Of a DNA stretch of 32,000 nt, positions 18,023 through 27,268 are shown piece by piece. The translations under genes were made by a program, and so were the position numbers. The notes beneath the pieces are model-generated. The model was given only the letters and a program-made list of their open reading frames with translations, was not told where the DNA came from and made no database searches. The stretch's first letter is position 1, and every line of letters begins with the position of its first letter. The stretch is from Ignicoccus pacificus DSM 13166 (GTDB taxonomy: Archaea; Thermoproteota; Thermoprotei_A; Sulfolobales; Ignicoccaceae), in assembly GCA_025340205.1 (NCBI GenBank), contig CP006868.1, positions 570,001 to 602,000 of the forward strand. Direction: 5' to 3'.

Positions 18023-18691
18023 TTGGCAGACGAGCATGTCTATACATTGAGAATAGGGTTCGTGCGGACCAGCGACGGCAGCGGTTGCGGAAACGCCAAG
18101 GAGGTGTGGCCGGTAATCCGTAATATAGGGATGTCCCCCTATGGTTTCATATACGTAAAGCACAACAAGGACTTCACCATCTCGCTTCTTGTCGACGTGG
18201 GAAGCGAACTTTACTACGGAATTCTAGAGGTCTATACCGAACTCCCAGAGCCTAGACCTAGAAGAGGACCATCCTTCATTTCAGCGGTCGCTGCCGAAGC
18301 GGCTAGGCTAGTGGTTGACATGTACAACAACATGAAGACCGAAGGCAGCGGAGAGAGGATCGTGCTAAGCTACGAAAACATGAAAGCCGACTTGAAGAAC
18401 ATGTGTAAGGTTACCGATAAGAAGAAGGCACCCTCTGCAATAAGGCTGAGCGAGATAAGAAGCGGGGTGGAGGCGATCTGTTCCTCCCCTATTTACGTGA
18501 GCTTGGAGGACGTGTTATCGGACTTACCGATGTTGGCAGCTGGAGCGGTAAGGGGAGTATCAAAGGCATTGAGACCGATATGCTACACCGACCCGCTGGT
18601 CGTGGTCATAGCCGAGAGCAGCCTAGGAACCACCATAGTTACGTCCGGTATGGAAGAGGCAAACATATCAGAGGAAATGTTCATGGCTTAG
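18023..18691 (+). CDS. Hypothetical protein, probable partner of downstream coiled-coil protein
   Basis: 222-aa ORF, 12 bp upstream of the next gene. Confidence 0.7.
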   Translation: MADEHVYTLRIGFVRTSDGSGCGNAKEVWPVIRNIGMSPYGFIYVKHNKDFTISLLVDVGSELYYGILEVYTELPEPRPRRGPSFISAVAAEAARLVVDMYNNMKTEGSGERIVLSYENMKADLKNMCKVTDKKKAPSAIRLSEIRSGVEAICSSPIYVSLEDVLSDLPMLAAGAVRGVSKALRPICYTDPLVVVIAESSLGTTIVTSGMEEANISEEMFMA

Positions 18692-18703
18692 GGGTGCTGA
18701 GCA

Positions 18704-20284
18704 GTGATCAGCGAGGATACTGTACTGAAAGTGATCATGGAAGACGCCGGCTGCGAGAGGATGGACAAAGAGTGCTTGGAGAACATCCTAGAGCTGGTGA
18801 AGGAGGGAAAGTATCCAAGGTTGAGTACCGAAGAGCTAAGGGAGTTAGACGAAGGCTTGGCGAACTTAGTCAGCAAGGTGGGACTAAGAGACAGAGAGCT
18901 AGCGGAAAAGGCCACGAACCTAGGAATGGAAAAAACCGCCCAAGCGTTACAGTTTGGGCTACTGGAGGAAGAGGAGGAGAAGGAGGAGGCTCCGGGTGAG
19001 ATACCCATGGCTAGGAAAAAAGCTCCACCTAGAGAAACTCACGTTTCATATCAGCCCATGACCCAGAGGGCTGAGGTAATGCATCCCGTTACCCAAATCA
19101 AGATTAAGCAGAGTAAGGCACCTCTGGTACTCTCGATAATTGCTATTCTGTTATCCCTGGGCACGCTTGCCGTAATGATGGGTTACTTGACCCTTCCTGG
19201 AGTTAAGGTCCCGAGCGTTAAGACCATAGAGCAGATGAGTACCAAGATCAACAGTTTGGAAGCCATGGTTAAGAACTTGGACAACAGACTCTTGAGCAAC
19301 GTAGCAACCATAAATAGGAAACTAAACAAGCTTAATGCAAAAATTGACGCTATCCAAGCCAACGTCACGAAGTTGAACGCCTATGTGAACGCGCAGCTGA
19401 ACTTGCTAAACGAGAGGCTGGACAACCTGCAAATGAACTTAGCTAGGACTAGGAGTATAGCTATAAACAACAAGGCAGAGATAGAGACGCTCTCGGAGAA
19501 GATAGTTAACTTGAAGACCACGATGCAAGAGGAAATAAAGAGCTTGAGAAAGCAGCTAACCAGCATGATAAGCGAGTACCAAGCTAACGTAACCGCCAAG
19601 CTCGAACAGCTCAACAAGGAGTACGAAGCTTTGAATGAGGAACTCTTAACACTAAAGAAGGAACTCAACAGCTACGCTACAAAGGACGACGTAAAGAGCT
19701 TGGAGAGTAAGGTAGAACAGCTAAACGCTACCGTCTCAAAGATAAGGCTTACCTTAGCCAAGCTAGTGGCGCTCAACACTACTGTACAAGTGCTCGAGGA
19801 TCAGCTATCGAAGATGAGTGCCGAGATATACGCCCTCAAGACTCAAGTCGAGAAGATAGCTCAACTAGAGAATGAGCTGAACAAACTCAACGAAGAGCTC
19901 ACCATGCTGAACGCACAAGTTAGGGCGAACATGACCGAGATAAACTTGAAGGTCAAAGAATACCTGAATGAGGTGAACGCTAAGATAGAGGAGCTAAACG
20001 CTCAGCTGGCCATGCTAAAGAAGGATCTAAAGAGGTTGGACGAACAAGTGAAGGAGTTACCTCAGCTGGTCAACATGCAGATAGAAAAGGCGCTCAACAA
20101 CGAACAAGTGATCAACTCATTGGCCCATAAGCTACTTACTAAGGCGAAGCTCGACAAGATGGTGGCAAAGATGTTGCTGAGCAACGGTACGGCATTCTAT
20201 GACCTGGTTAAGAGGATAGCAGAGGAGGTGTACATCAACTTCACGGTGAATCCGCAGACCAACTTAGTGCAAGTTAACGGCTAG
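18704..20284 (+). CDS. Membrane-anchored long coiled-coil protein
   Basis: Acidic N-terminal domain, single TM segment APLVLSIIAILLSLGTLAVMMGYLTL, then >300 aa of heptad-like coiled coil (INSLEAMVKNLDNRLLSNVATINRKLNKLNAKIDAIQANV...). Confidence 0.88.
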   Translation: MISEDTVLKVIMEDAGCERMDKECLENILELVKEGKYPRLSTEELRELDEGLANLVSKVGLRDRELAEKATNLGMEKTAQALQFGLLEEEEEKEEAPGEIPMARKKAPPRETHVSYQPMTQRAEVMHPVTQIKIKQSKAPLVLSIIAILLSLGTLAVMMGYLTLPGVKVPSVKTIEQMSTKINSLEAMVKNLDNRLLSNVATINRKLNKLNAKIDAIQANVTKLNAYVNAQLNLLNERLDNLQMNLARTRSIAINNKAEIETLSEKIVNLKTTMQEEIKSLRKQLTSMISEYQANVTAKLEQLNKEYEALNEELLTLKKELNSYATKDDVKSLESKVEQLNATVSKIRLTLAKLVALNTTVQVLEDQLSKMSAEIYALKTQVEKIAQLENELNKLNEELTMLNAQVRANMTEINLKVKEYLNEVNAKIEELNAQLAMLKKDLKRLDEQVKELPQLVNMQIEKALNNEQVINSLAHKLLTKAKLDKMVAKMLLSNGTAFYDLVKRIAEEVYINFTVNPQTNLVQVNG

Positions 20285-20350
20285 CGGACTCAGCGACCGT
20301 GGGAGCAATCATCTATTCAGTGCCCTATCGGGTCTTCATCGTCCGAATAG

Positions 20351-20364
20351 CTTTTTTATTATTT
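20351..20364 (+). promoter_or_regulatory. TATA-box-like element for fbp
   Basis: CTTTTTTATTATTT centred about 25 nt upstream of the GTG/TTG start codons at 20381/20390, implying a leaderless or near-leaderless transcript. Confidence 0.5.
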
Positions 20365-20380
20365 TGCGAGCCTAACTGCG

Positions 20381-21559
20381 GTGCGCGTCTTGAGTGAGAA
20401 GACCACCATTAGTGTAATAAAGGCGGATATAGGTTCTTTGGCCGGCCACCACACCGTCCACCCGGACTGCATGGCTGCCGCTTCTAGAGTTCTAGCCGAA
20501 GGCAAGAGGGACGGAGTGATCAACGACTTCTACGTAACCCACGTAGGAGATGACCTAGTCCTAATCATGACTCATCGCAAGGGCGTAGACAACCCCGACG
20601 TTCACGGCCTTGCTTGGAAGGCCTTCAAGGAGGCCGCCAACGTGGCCAAGGAGCTAGGCCTCTATGCCGCTGGTCAAGACCTCCTAACCGACGCCTTCTC
20701 TGGCAACGTGAGGGGTCTGGGCCCCGCCGCTGCTGAGATGGAGATCGTGGAGAGGCCCAGCGAGCCCATAGTGATCTTCGCTGCCGACAAGACCGAGCCC
20801 GGCGCCTACAACTTGCCCTTGTTCAAGATATTCGCCGACCCCTTCAACACCGCTGGACTAGTAATTGACCCCAGGCTCCACATGGGTTTCACCTTCGAGG
20901 TCGTCGACGTATTCGAGGACAAGGGTGTTCACCTAAACACCCCCGAGGAGATGTACGACCTCCTCGCTCTCATCGGAACTCCTTCTAGGTACGTAATCAG
21001 GAGGGTCTTCCGCAAGGACGACGGCAGGATAGCTGCTGTAGTCGCTGTGGAGAGGCTCAACTTAATCGCTGGTAAGTACGTGGGCAAGGACGACCCCGTA
21101 ATGATAGTTAGAGCTCAGAGCGGCTTCCCCGCTGTGGGAGAGGTCCTAGAGCCCTTCGCCTTCCCCCACTTGGTCGCCGGATGGATGAGGGGCTCCCACC
21201 ACGGTCCTCTAATGCCCGTCCCCGTGAGAGATGCCAGACCCACCAGGTTCGACGGTCCGCCTAGGGTCATAGCCCTAGGATTCCAAGTAAAGAACGCCAA
21301 GCTCATCGGACCCAGCGATCTGTTCGATGACCCTGCCTTCGACAAGGCTAGACAGCTGGCTAATGACATAACCGACTACATGAGGAGGCACGGACCCTTC
21401 ATGCCTCACAGGCTAGATCCCAGTGAGATGGAATACACCACCCTACCTCAAGTGCTGGAGAAGCTCAAGGACAGGTTCAAGCCTGTTAAGGACCTACCCG
21501 AGCCCAAGATAAAGCACACCGAGATGCTAAGCGGTCCTGAGGAGGAGGTCCACGACTAA
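20381..21559 (+). CDS. fbp: Bifunctional fructose-1,6-bisphosphate aldolase/phosphatase (class V FBPase)
   Basis: KTTISVIKADIGSLAGHHTVHPDCMAAA, HRKGVDNPDVHGLAWKAF, WMRGSHHGPLMPVPV. The start may be TTG at 20390. Confidence 0.96.
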   Translation: MRVLSEKTTISVIKADIGSLAGHHTVHPDCMAAASRVLAEGKRDGVINDFYVTHVGDDLVLIMTHRKGVDNPDVHGLAWKAFKEAANVAKELGLYAAGQDLLTDAFSGNVRGLGPAAAEMEIVERPSEPIVIFAADKTEPGAYNLPLFKIFADPFNTAGLVIDPRLHMGFTFEVVDVFEDKGVHLNTPEEMYDLLALIGTPSRYVIRRVFRKDDGRIAAVVAVERLNLIAGKYVGKDDPVMIVRAQSGFPAVGEVLEPFAFPHLVAGWMRGSHHGPLMPVPVRDARPTRFDGPPRVIALGFQVKNAKLIGPSDLFDDPAFDKARQLANDITDYMRRHGPFMPHRLDPSEMEYTTLPQVLEKLKDRFKPVKDLPEPKIKHTEMLSGPEEEVHD

Positions 21560-21577
21560 CGACATTCATCTTCGAGC

Positions 21578-21583
21578 TTTTTT
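21578..21583 (+). terminator. T-tract, possible archaeal terminator after fbp
   Basis: CGAGCTTTTTTCTC about 20 nt after the fbp stop. Confidence 0.4.
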
Positions 21584-21715
21584 CTCAAACCTCCTACACG
21601 TTATTCTGTTACTTTTGAGAACTTGGTCCCGATTATTCGAAAGCTTGAAAGCTCCTAACCTACGAGTCGAAAGCTAAAGTAGGAGTTTTCCCTTACCTTC
21701 TCTTGAGGATGCCCT

Positions 21716-22138
21716 ATGAGGAAGGGACAGATAGAGCTTTACGTGGCAATAGGTCTTGGCCTCTTACTACTCTTGGGATTAGCCTACTACTTCATGTACG
21801 TGAGACCCTCGGCCGGAGGGGTGCCTTACGCCACTCCTCTGCAAAAGGAGCTAGGGGGATGTGTTAATCAAACTGTAGACTTGAAGGTAAAGCTTGTTAA
21901 CCCGACATCCAAGACAGTGAAATTCGAGATAGATACCCTAGACAACATGCTTGTAACGGAAAAGGCCAGTAGCAAGGTAATAGAGGTTCCTCCGGGGTCA
22001 TCAAAGGTCATGGACGTCTACGTCACCTTCAAGAAGCCGGGTCACTACTTCGTTGTTCTCATCATAACTTGGCAGTCTGGAGCCAAGAGCAACGTAATTT
22101 ACCTAAACGTACCAGCTTACGTTACTCAGTGCGGCTAA
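21716..22138 (+). CDS. Membrane-anchored extracytoplasmic beta-sandwich protein, pilin-like N-terminus
   Basis: MRKGQIELYVAIGLGLLLLLGLAYYFMYV, then CARDB/COG1361-like beta-rich domain (VDLKVKLVNPTSKTVKFEI..., VPPGSSKVMDVYVTFKKPGHYFVVLII). Confidence 0.75.
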   Translation: MRKGQIELYVAIGLGLLLLLGLAYYFMYVRPSAGGVPYATPLQKELGGCVNQTVDLKVKLVNPTSKTVKFEIDTLDNMLVTEKASSKVIEVPPGSSKVMDVYVTFKKPGHYFVVLIITWQSGAKSNVIYLNVPAYVTQCG

Positions 22139-22189
22139 CCGAACCTCAAGCTTTTTGCTCCCACAATCCTCCCTCTCCTGGATCGAACG

Positions 22190-22819
22190 TTGAAGGGCAT
22201 AATAGAGGAGCATAAAGATTTGGTCATGAAAACTTTACTAATCACACCCAGCGGTGCCTTAAGTCCCGGCTTGCTGAGCGCTTCCGCAGTGGCAGCTGGG
22301 GCGTCCCTGGGCGTGCTCGGGGGGCTCTTGGTCGCTTTAGGGCACACTCTCTTTGAGCTCCCCTACGTTTTCGTCTTGAGCACCATGATGGGAAGGATAA
22401 AAAGGATTGCAGAGAAGTACGGGAAAGTGCTAAATGCCATAGTAATTGCCTTCGCCTTGTTCTTCGCTTGGGGGCTGATAGAAGGGGGAGGAAGCGCTAG
22501 CGTGAGCGTGAGCGACGCCCTAGCGGCTGGCTTCATCTTCACTGCTTCAAACGCGTACTTCCTACTCTGGTGGGCCACCGTAGGCTTTCCGTTAGTCGAG
22601 GAAATCGCTGGGTCCCCTAGGAGGTTCGCCGTGATGTACACCTCGCACGTCTGGATGGATTACGTCTGGTTAGCCCTGTTAGCCGCCGTAGGCGGAGCCT
22701 CGAGGCTGTTGGGTCCTTATTACAGCCTCTTCAACTATGCCCTAGCTGCGATGCTAGTAATCTTCGCCCTAGACATAGCCCTCAGGACGTATCTCAACAA
22801 GAAGTTGCTCCCCTACTGA
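22190..22819 (+). CDS. LysE-family amino acid exporter-like membrane protein
   Basis: SPGLLSASAVAAGASLGVLGGLLVALGHTLFELPYV, multipass TM topology. Confidence 0.72.
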   Translation: MKGIIEEHKDLVMKTLLITPSGALSPGLLSASAVAAGASLGVLGGLLVALGHTLFELPYVFVLSTMMGRIKRIAEKYGKVLNAIVIAFALFFAWGLIEGGGSASVSVSDALAAGFIFTASNAYFLLWWATVGFPLVEEIAGSPRRFAVMYTSHVWMDYVWLALLAAVGGASRLLGPYYSLFNYALAAMLVIFALDIALRTYLNKKLLPY

Positions 22820-22947
22820 TCCATCATTCCTAAACTCATTTAGAGTATAGAATGTTACGGTAGTGCTCATTCCTTATATTTTAACTTGACCCCTAGATCA
22901 GTTCCCATCTTTTAAGCGTACATTAGCCATGCCTAACGGTTGATATC

Positions 22948-23931
22948 ATGCTGAGGTTAGGAGCGCCCGCTAGGAGGCCGAGGGGAGGCTCCTTCGACGT
23001 GGTCATCATTGGAGCGGGTCCCGCGGGACTGACCGCTGGAATGTACGCCTCTAGGCTCGGCTTGAAGACAGTAATCTTGGAAAAGGCAATGAAGCCCGGA
23101 GGGAGGACCGCCAACGCCCCCATAGTGGAGGACTACCCCGGAATAGAGAAAATCGGAGGAGAGGAGTTGGTAGATAGGTTCGTCAAACAAGCTCAGAAGT
23201 TCGGAGCCCAAATAGTCTACGGAGAGGAAGTCGTGGACGCTGACTTCTCCGGAGATGTAAAGATCGTTAAGACGAAGAAGGGCAACGAGTACAAAGGATT
23301 GGCGGTAATCATCGCCACCGGTCTGTCTTCTAAAGGATTGGGCATACCGGGCGAAAAGGAGTACTTCGGAAAGGGAGTGAGTTACTGCGTGGTCTGTGAC
23401 GCTCCCTTCTTCAAGGGACAGCCGATGGCTCTAATAGGCAACGACGATCACGCTATGGAGGAAGCTGTGTATATGACCTCTATAGCCAGCAAGGTATACA
23501 TAATTCCTCATGCTGATAAGATAGAGGCCTCCGAGAGCTACATGAACATATTGAGAAACTCTCCTAATGTCGAGATACTGGAAGGGGCTAGGCTAGTGAA
23601 GATAGAAGGTGACGGACAGAAGGTCACTAAGATAGTGGTGAGGCTTCCCGATGGTACTGAGAGGGAAATCCCGGTAAGGGCGGTCTTCATCTCCGCCGGA
23701 GAGGTACCAACTACTGAGATCTTCAAGAAAGCTGGCGTGGAGGTCGATAAGGCCGGATTCGTAAAGGTTGATCCTAAGATGCACACGAACGTTCCGGGGG
23801 TCTATGCAGCTGGTGACGTCACCGGAATAGGGTTTCAGATAGTTATTGCAGCTGGTCACGGAGCTACCGCCGCCTTGGAGGCCTCTAAGCACGTGAAGAG
23901 GCTTAAGAGGGTAAAGAAGATCCAAATATAA
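22948..23931 (+). CDS. trxB: Thioredoxin reductase-like flavoprotein
   Basis: FDVVIIGAGPAGLTAGMYASR, redox CVVCDAPFFKG, VYAAGDVTGIGFQIVIAAGHGATAA. Confidence 0.88.
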   Translation: MLRLGAPARRPRGGSFDVVIIGAGPAGLTAGMYASRLGLKTVILEKAMKPGGRTANAPIVEDYPGIEKIGGEELVDRFVKQAQKFGAQIVYGEEVVDADFSGDVKIVKTKKGNEYKGLAVIIATGLSSKGLGIPGEKEYFGKGVSYCVVCDAPFFKGQPMALIGNDDHAMEEAVYMTSIASKVYIIPHADKIEASESYMNILRNSPNVEILEGARLVKIEGDGQKVTKIVVRLPDGTEREIPVRAVFISAGEVPTTEIFKKAGVEVDKAGFVKVDPKMHTNVPGVYAAGDVTGIGFQIVIAAGHGATAALEASKHVKRLKRVKKIQI

Positions 23932-23989
23932 TTTCTTCTCTCGGCATGGTTATTTAGACTCCCCCTCTACTGCCACCGGTCGTACGATC

Positions 23990-26245
23990 ATGGGACGTAG
24001 GGTGGACCGATACGAGGCTCTAGCAATAGCGCTGACGGTAGCAGTAGCCATAGCCTTTGGAGTATACGTATACTACAAGAACTTCGTAAACCTATCGTTC
24101 ACGACAGATACCGCTACCCTAGTGATGTCAACTTGCGTCCTTAAGAAGTCCGTACACTTGTACTACGGATTCAAGATATTCAAGCCCCTCTGTCATATAA
24201 TAGGTTGTTACAACTTCGTATTGTTCCTAAACATGCTAATGGTTGGTCTGCTTAGCTTGGCCGGGTACTTCCTCTACAAGCTAGCGAGGCTCATCCTAGG
24301 AGATGCTCTCGGTGCGATAATGATTCAAGCTCTGTATTATCTAAACCCTATGGTTCACGCCCTCTACCTCTTTGGAATCCACTCAGACGCCTTCGTGCTC
24401 TTCTTCGCGGTGCTAGGCCTCTACGTGCTCTTTAGGTACGAAGATAAACCACTAATAGGGTACTTCACCTTAGCTCTGGGAATGCTCTTTAAAGAGACAG
24501 CGATATTCCCGTTGGCCGGCGCATTCTTGTGGAGGCTCGTTCATAAGAAGCTCAAGCTCTATGAAATAGCTCTCGCCGGCCTCTTCGTAATAGGAGTGGT
24601 AGTAGCTTACTTCACATTGACGTCGCTGCCAATGCACTTCATAAAAGGAAGGTACATAACCTCGTTGGAATGGCTCATAGCTGACGTCGAGATATTTGCG
24701 ATAAGGAAGGTCATATTCTTCGCACTGCTCTTCCTGACCGTTCCCCTAGGATTCCTATCTCCCTTAGACTTCGCTATAGCGTTGCCAAACTTTCTCAACA
24801 TATTCTGGACGGCCGTGACTAAGGCCTATACTAAGTTCGTAATAGGATACCAATATCAAGGAACGCTGGCAGCTGTTCTATTAGTCGCCTCTATACTAGC
24901 CATTAAGCACTTAAAGATAAAGAGGTTCAGGATAGCTCTCATCTCGTTGATAGTCATAGTGGCGTTGGCTGACATTTGGATATCCCCAATAGGCTTTATC
25001 TATTTAGCAAGCGGACGCTATCCCGTACCTCAGTTCGTGACCTATAGAGTTCCATTGAACGATAGCTGTTGCCTGAACTCAGCCATGAATTTAGTAAAGT
25101 TCTCTGAAAAAATAATACCTCCTGGATCCAAGGTCCTCGTCGATGACCAAATATCACCGTTCTTTGCATGCAAATACGAGACGAAGAGAGCCGGCTTGCT
25201 GGTGTTCCCCTACAACGTCCTCACGGCTCCCATGACCGCTTGTCAGCTCAGCCGATTCTTAATAAAGAGAGCAGCCGACTACTTCGTGAACTTACCTGGC
25301 TTGACAATGAGCATAGACATGAATCCTAAGTACCTATCAATACTATGTACGAAGATCTGGTGGGCTCCCCACGGAGGCTACGTCTGTCAATTAGCTAACA
25401 TAACTAAGGCTGCCGAGAAGATATGTTCAATGTACATAAAGAACGGCATAAACGCATATAAGTTCGTAAATGGAATGTTAGAGAAGAGCATTACCTTCAG
25501 GACTCCTTGGATCGACTGGGGTTACGCTCACTTCAACAACCCAGCGCTCCTCACGGAGCTGGCACCTTACTTACCCCCCTACATACCGGTGCTGAGCACT
25601 GCCGAGCTATACTCCTTCTTGCCCGGAGGCTACGGTGTATTCGTTAGAGAGAATCCTCATACCATGGTGTTCTCAGGAAAGATATACATACCTATGAATG
25701 GGACCTACTTGTTCGAGGTCCACAGCGATGACGGGAGCGTACTCTTCATAGACGGAAAGCCTATACTCAACTGCTGGGGTCCTCACATATGCAATGAGAA
25801 GGTTGAGGTCTACCTAACCAAGGGAGAGCACAACATAATTATCGATTACAAGAACTTCTACGCTGCTGGAATGCTCAAGGTGGGTTGGAAGCCTCCCTAC
25901 GCTTGTAAGGTGGAGCCCATCTCGGCCACCTACCTCACCCCAAGACCCATCGAACCCTTTGGTGCCATAACGAAGGGAGGCAAGAGGCTCCTAGGCTTCA
26001 TTTGGCCCTTCAACAGAACCGCTACCTTAAGAGGATACTTCGAGGTTACTAAGACATCTACCTACCAGTTCAAGGTGCTAGGAAACGCTACGTTATACAT
26101 TGATGGAAAGCTTGTAAACGGAACGATAACTCTGAGGGAAGGCATCCACGAGGTCGTGACTAGAGGGAAGAACTTCGAGGTTATGATAAAGGTAAAGGAT
26201 AACTGGATGCCACTGATCTATCCATTGGTTAGGTTTAAACGATGA
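23990..26245 (+). CDS. GT-C / DUF2079-like multipass membrane protein with C-terminal PA14 domain(s)
   Basis: Many TM helices in the first ~350 aa; PA14 signature FSGKIYIPMNGTYLFEVHSDDGSVLFIDGKPIL...LTKGEHNIIIDYKNFYAAGMLKVGWKPP; second PA14-like segment LRGYFEVTKTSTYQFKVLGNATLYIDGKLV. Confidence 0.82.
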   Translation: MGRRVDRYEALAIALTVAVAIAFGVYVYYKNFVNLSFTTDTATLVMSTCVLKKSVHLYYGFKIFKPLCHIIGCYNFVLFLNMLMVGLLSLAGYFLYKLARLILGDALGAIMIQALYYLNPMVHALYLFGIHSDAFVLFFAVLGLYVLFRYEDKPLIGYFTLALGMLFKETAIFPLAGAFLWRLVHKKLKLYEIALAGLFVIGVVVAYFTLTSLPMHFIKGRYITSLEWLIADVEIFAIRKVIFFALLFLTVPLGFLSPLDFAIALPNFLNIFWTAVTKAYTKFVIGYQYQGTLAAVLLVASILAIKHLKIKRFRIALISLIVIVALADIWISPIGFIYLASGRYPVPQFVTYRVPLNDSCCLNSAMNLVKFSEKIIPPGSKVLVDDQISPFFACKYETKRAGLLVFPYNVLTAPMTACQLSRFLIKRAADYFVNLPGLTMSIDMNPKYLSILCTKIWWAPHGGYVCQLANITKAAEKICSMYIKNGINAYKFVNGMLEKSITFRTPWIDWGYAHFNNPALLTELAPYLPPYIPVLSTAELYSFLPGGYGVFVRENPHTMVFSGKIYIPMNGTYLFEVHSDDGSVLFIDGKPILNCWGPHICNEKVEVYLTKGEHNIIIDYKNFYAAGMLKVGWKPPYACKVEPISATYLTPRPIEPFGAITKGGKRLLGFIWPFNRTATLRGYFEVTKTSTYQFKVLGNATLYIDGKLVNGTITLREGIHEVVTRGKNFEVMIKVKDNWMPLIYPLVRFKR

Positions 26246-26558
26246 GGGCTTCCACAAGTTTTCCGTAGTTGTAGCACATCAAGCCTTTTCCCGAGAGCAC
26301 GACGTATAAAGGCCAGAGAGTTGCTATCCTCAGATCCCTCTCGCTTGGCTCTTCTCTATGTTTGTGGAAAACTCCTATGAGGTCCTCCATAGGATAAGGA
26401 AGACATTCGAAGCCTCTCTCCCACACTTCACAAGGAGTGAAGGCCATAGCCTCGAGGATTATCGTTTTCCCCAAGATCTTACCTAGGAGAAGTGCCCCCT
26501 CCTCCTCGTAAAGTTCTTCCATTAGTTTCATCAAGGGCTTAGGGATTAACGCCCTCAA
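26235..26558 (-). CDS. Divergent JAMM/MPN-like domain protein
   Basis: 107 aa; Glu-containing strand TIILEAMAF then GVFHKHREEPSERDL, resembling E...HxH...PSxxD of JAMM metalloproteases. Confidence 0.55.
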   Translation of the reverse strand: MRALIPKPLMKLMEELYEEEGALLLGKILGKTIILEAMAFTPCEVWERGFECLPYPMEDLIGVFHKHREEPSERDLRIATLWPLYVVLSGKGLMCYNYGKLVEALIV

Positions 26559-26608
26559 GGAAGATCACCAATATTACCACTTTCCGCCTCCCTCCGAGGG
26601 AGGTCAAA

Positions 26609-27268
26609 ATGCCTTCTCACGAGGATCCAAGGTACTTGCTCTCGTGGTGGGGAATGGAAAAAGTAGAGAGGGTGGTGAGGAACCCCGGTAAGCCTATAGA
26701 CAAGGGCAAGGCTCAGAGGCTCCTTCAAGAGATGTGGTCGGAGCTCAAGAAGCTCAGGTGGAGCGGCCTTCCCTCTGACATGGCTGCGGACATGGCATTA
26801 CCCTTAGCTGAAAAAGCTAAAGAGATGAGGGAAGTCCTCGGACTGAAGGGAGAGATAAAGGACTTGGTTAAGGCTCAAGCCTCTTGGGCCCTTTGGTACG
26901 TCCAGACCTTGCCACAGAGGCTCAAGAGGAAAGAGGAGGTGGATCCGGGAGAGGCGGTGGACGTCTTCTCAGGAGAGATCAAGAGCGTGGAAAAGCATCC
27001 AAACGCTGACAAGCTAAAGGTGACGAGGGTAGCTATAGGCAACTTGGCCTTGACCGTCGTTACCAATATAGAGGACGTAAAAGAGGGTCAAGTTAGGGCA
27101 GTGGCGTTGCTTCCGCCGGCTGACCTAAGGGGAGTGGTCAGCTGGGGCATGTTCTGCTCAGACCCCCTAGACCTTCCCCCTGGCAAGCCCTTCCCGCCTT
27201 ATGACAAGGGAGCGGTAGGAGCTCAAGTGGAGATGATAATGAGGGAAGCGGTGAGGGTGAAGAAATGA
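26609..27268 (+). CDS. tRNA-binding OB-fold (EMAP/MetG-beta-like) domain protein
   Basis: AVDVFSGEIKSVEKHPNADKLKVTRVAIGN...VVTNIEDVKEGQVRAVALLPPADLRGVVSWGMFCS. Confidence 0.82.
   Translation: MPSHEDPRYLLSWWGMEKVERVVRNPGKPIDKGKAQRLLQEMWSELKKLRWSGLPSDMAADMALPLAEKAKEMREVLGLKGEIKDLVKAQASWALWYVQTLPQRLKRKEEVDPGEAVDVFSGEIKSVEKHPNADKLKVTRVAIGNLALTVVTNIEDVKEGQVRAVALLPPADLRGVVSWGMFCSDPLDLPPGKPFPPYDKGAVGAQVEMIMREAVRVKK

Noticed and set aside
18580-18999. 139-aa plus-strand ORF spanning the junction of the 18023 and 18704 genes
   Set aside because: Arg/Gly-rich out-of-frame translation overlapping two better supported CDSs.
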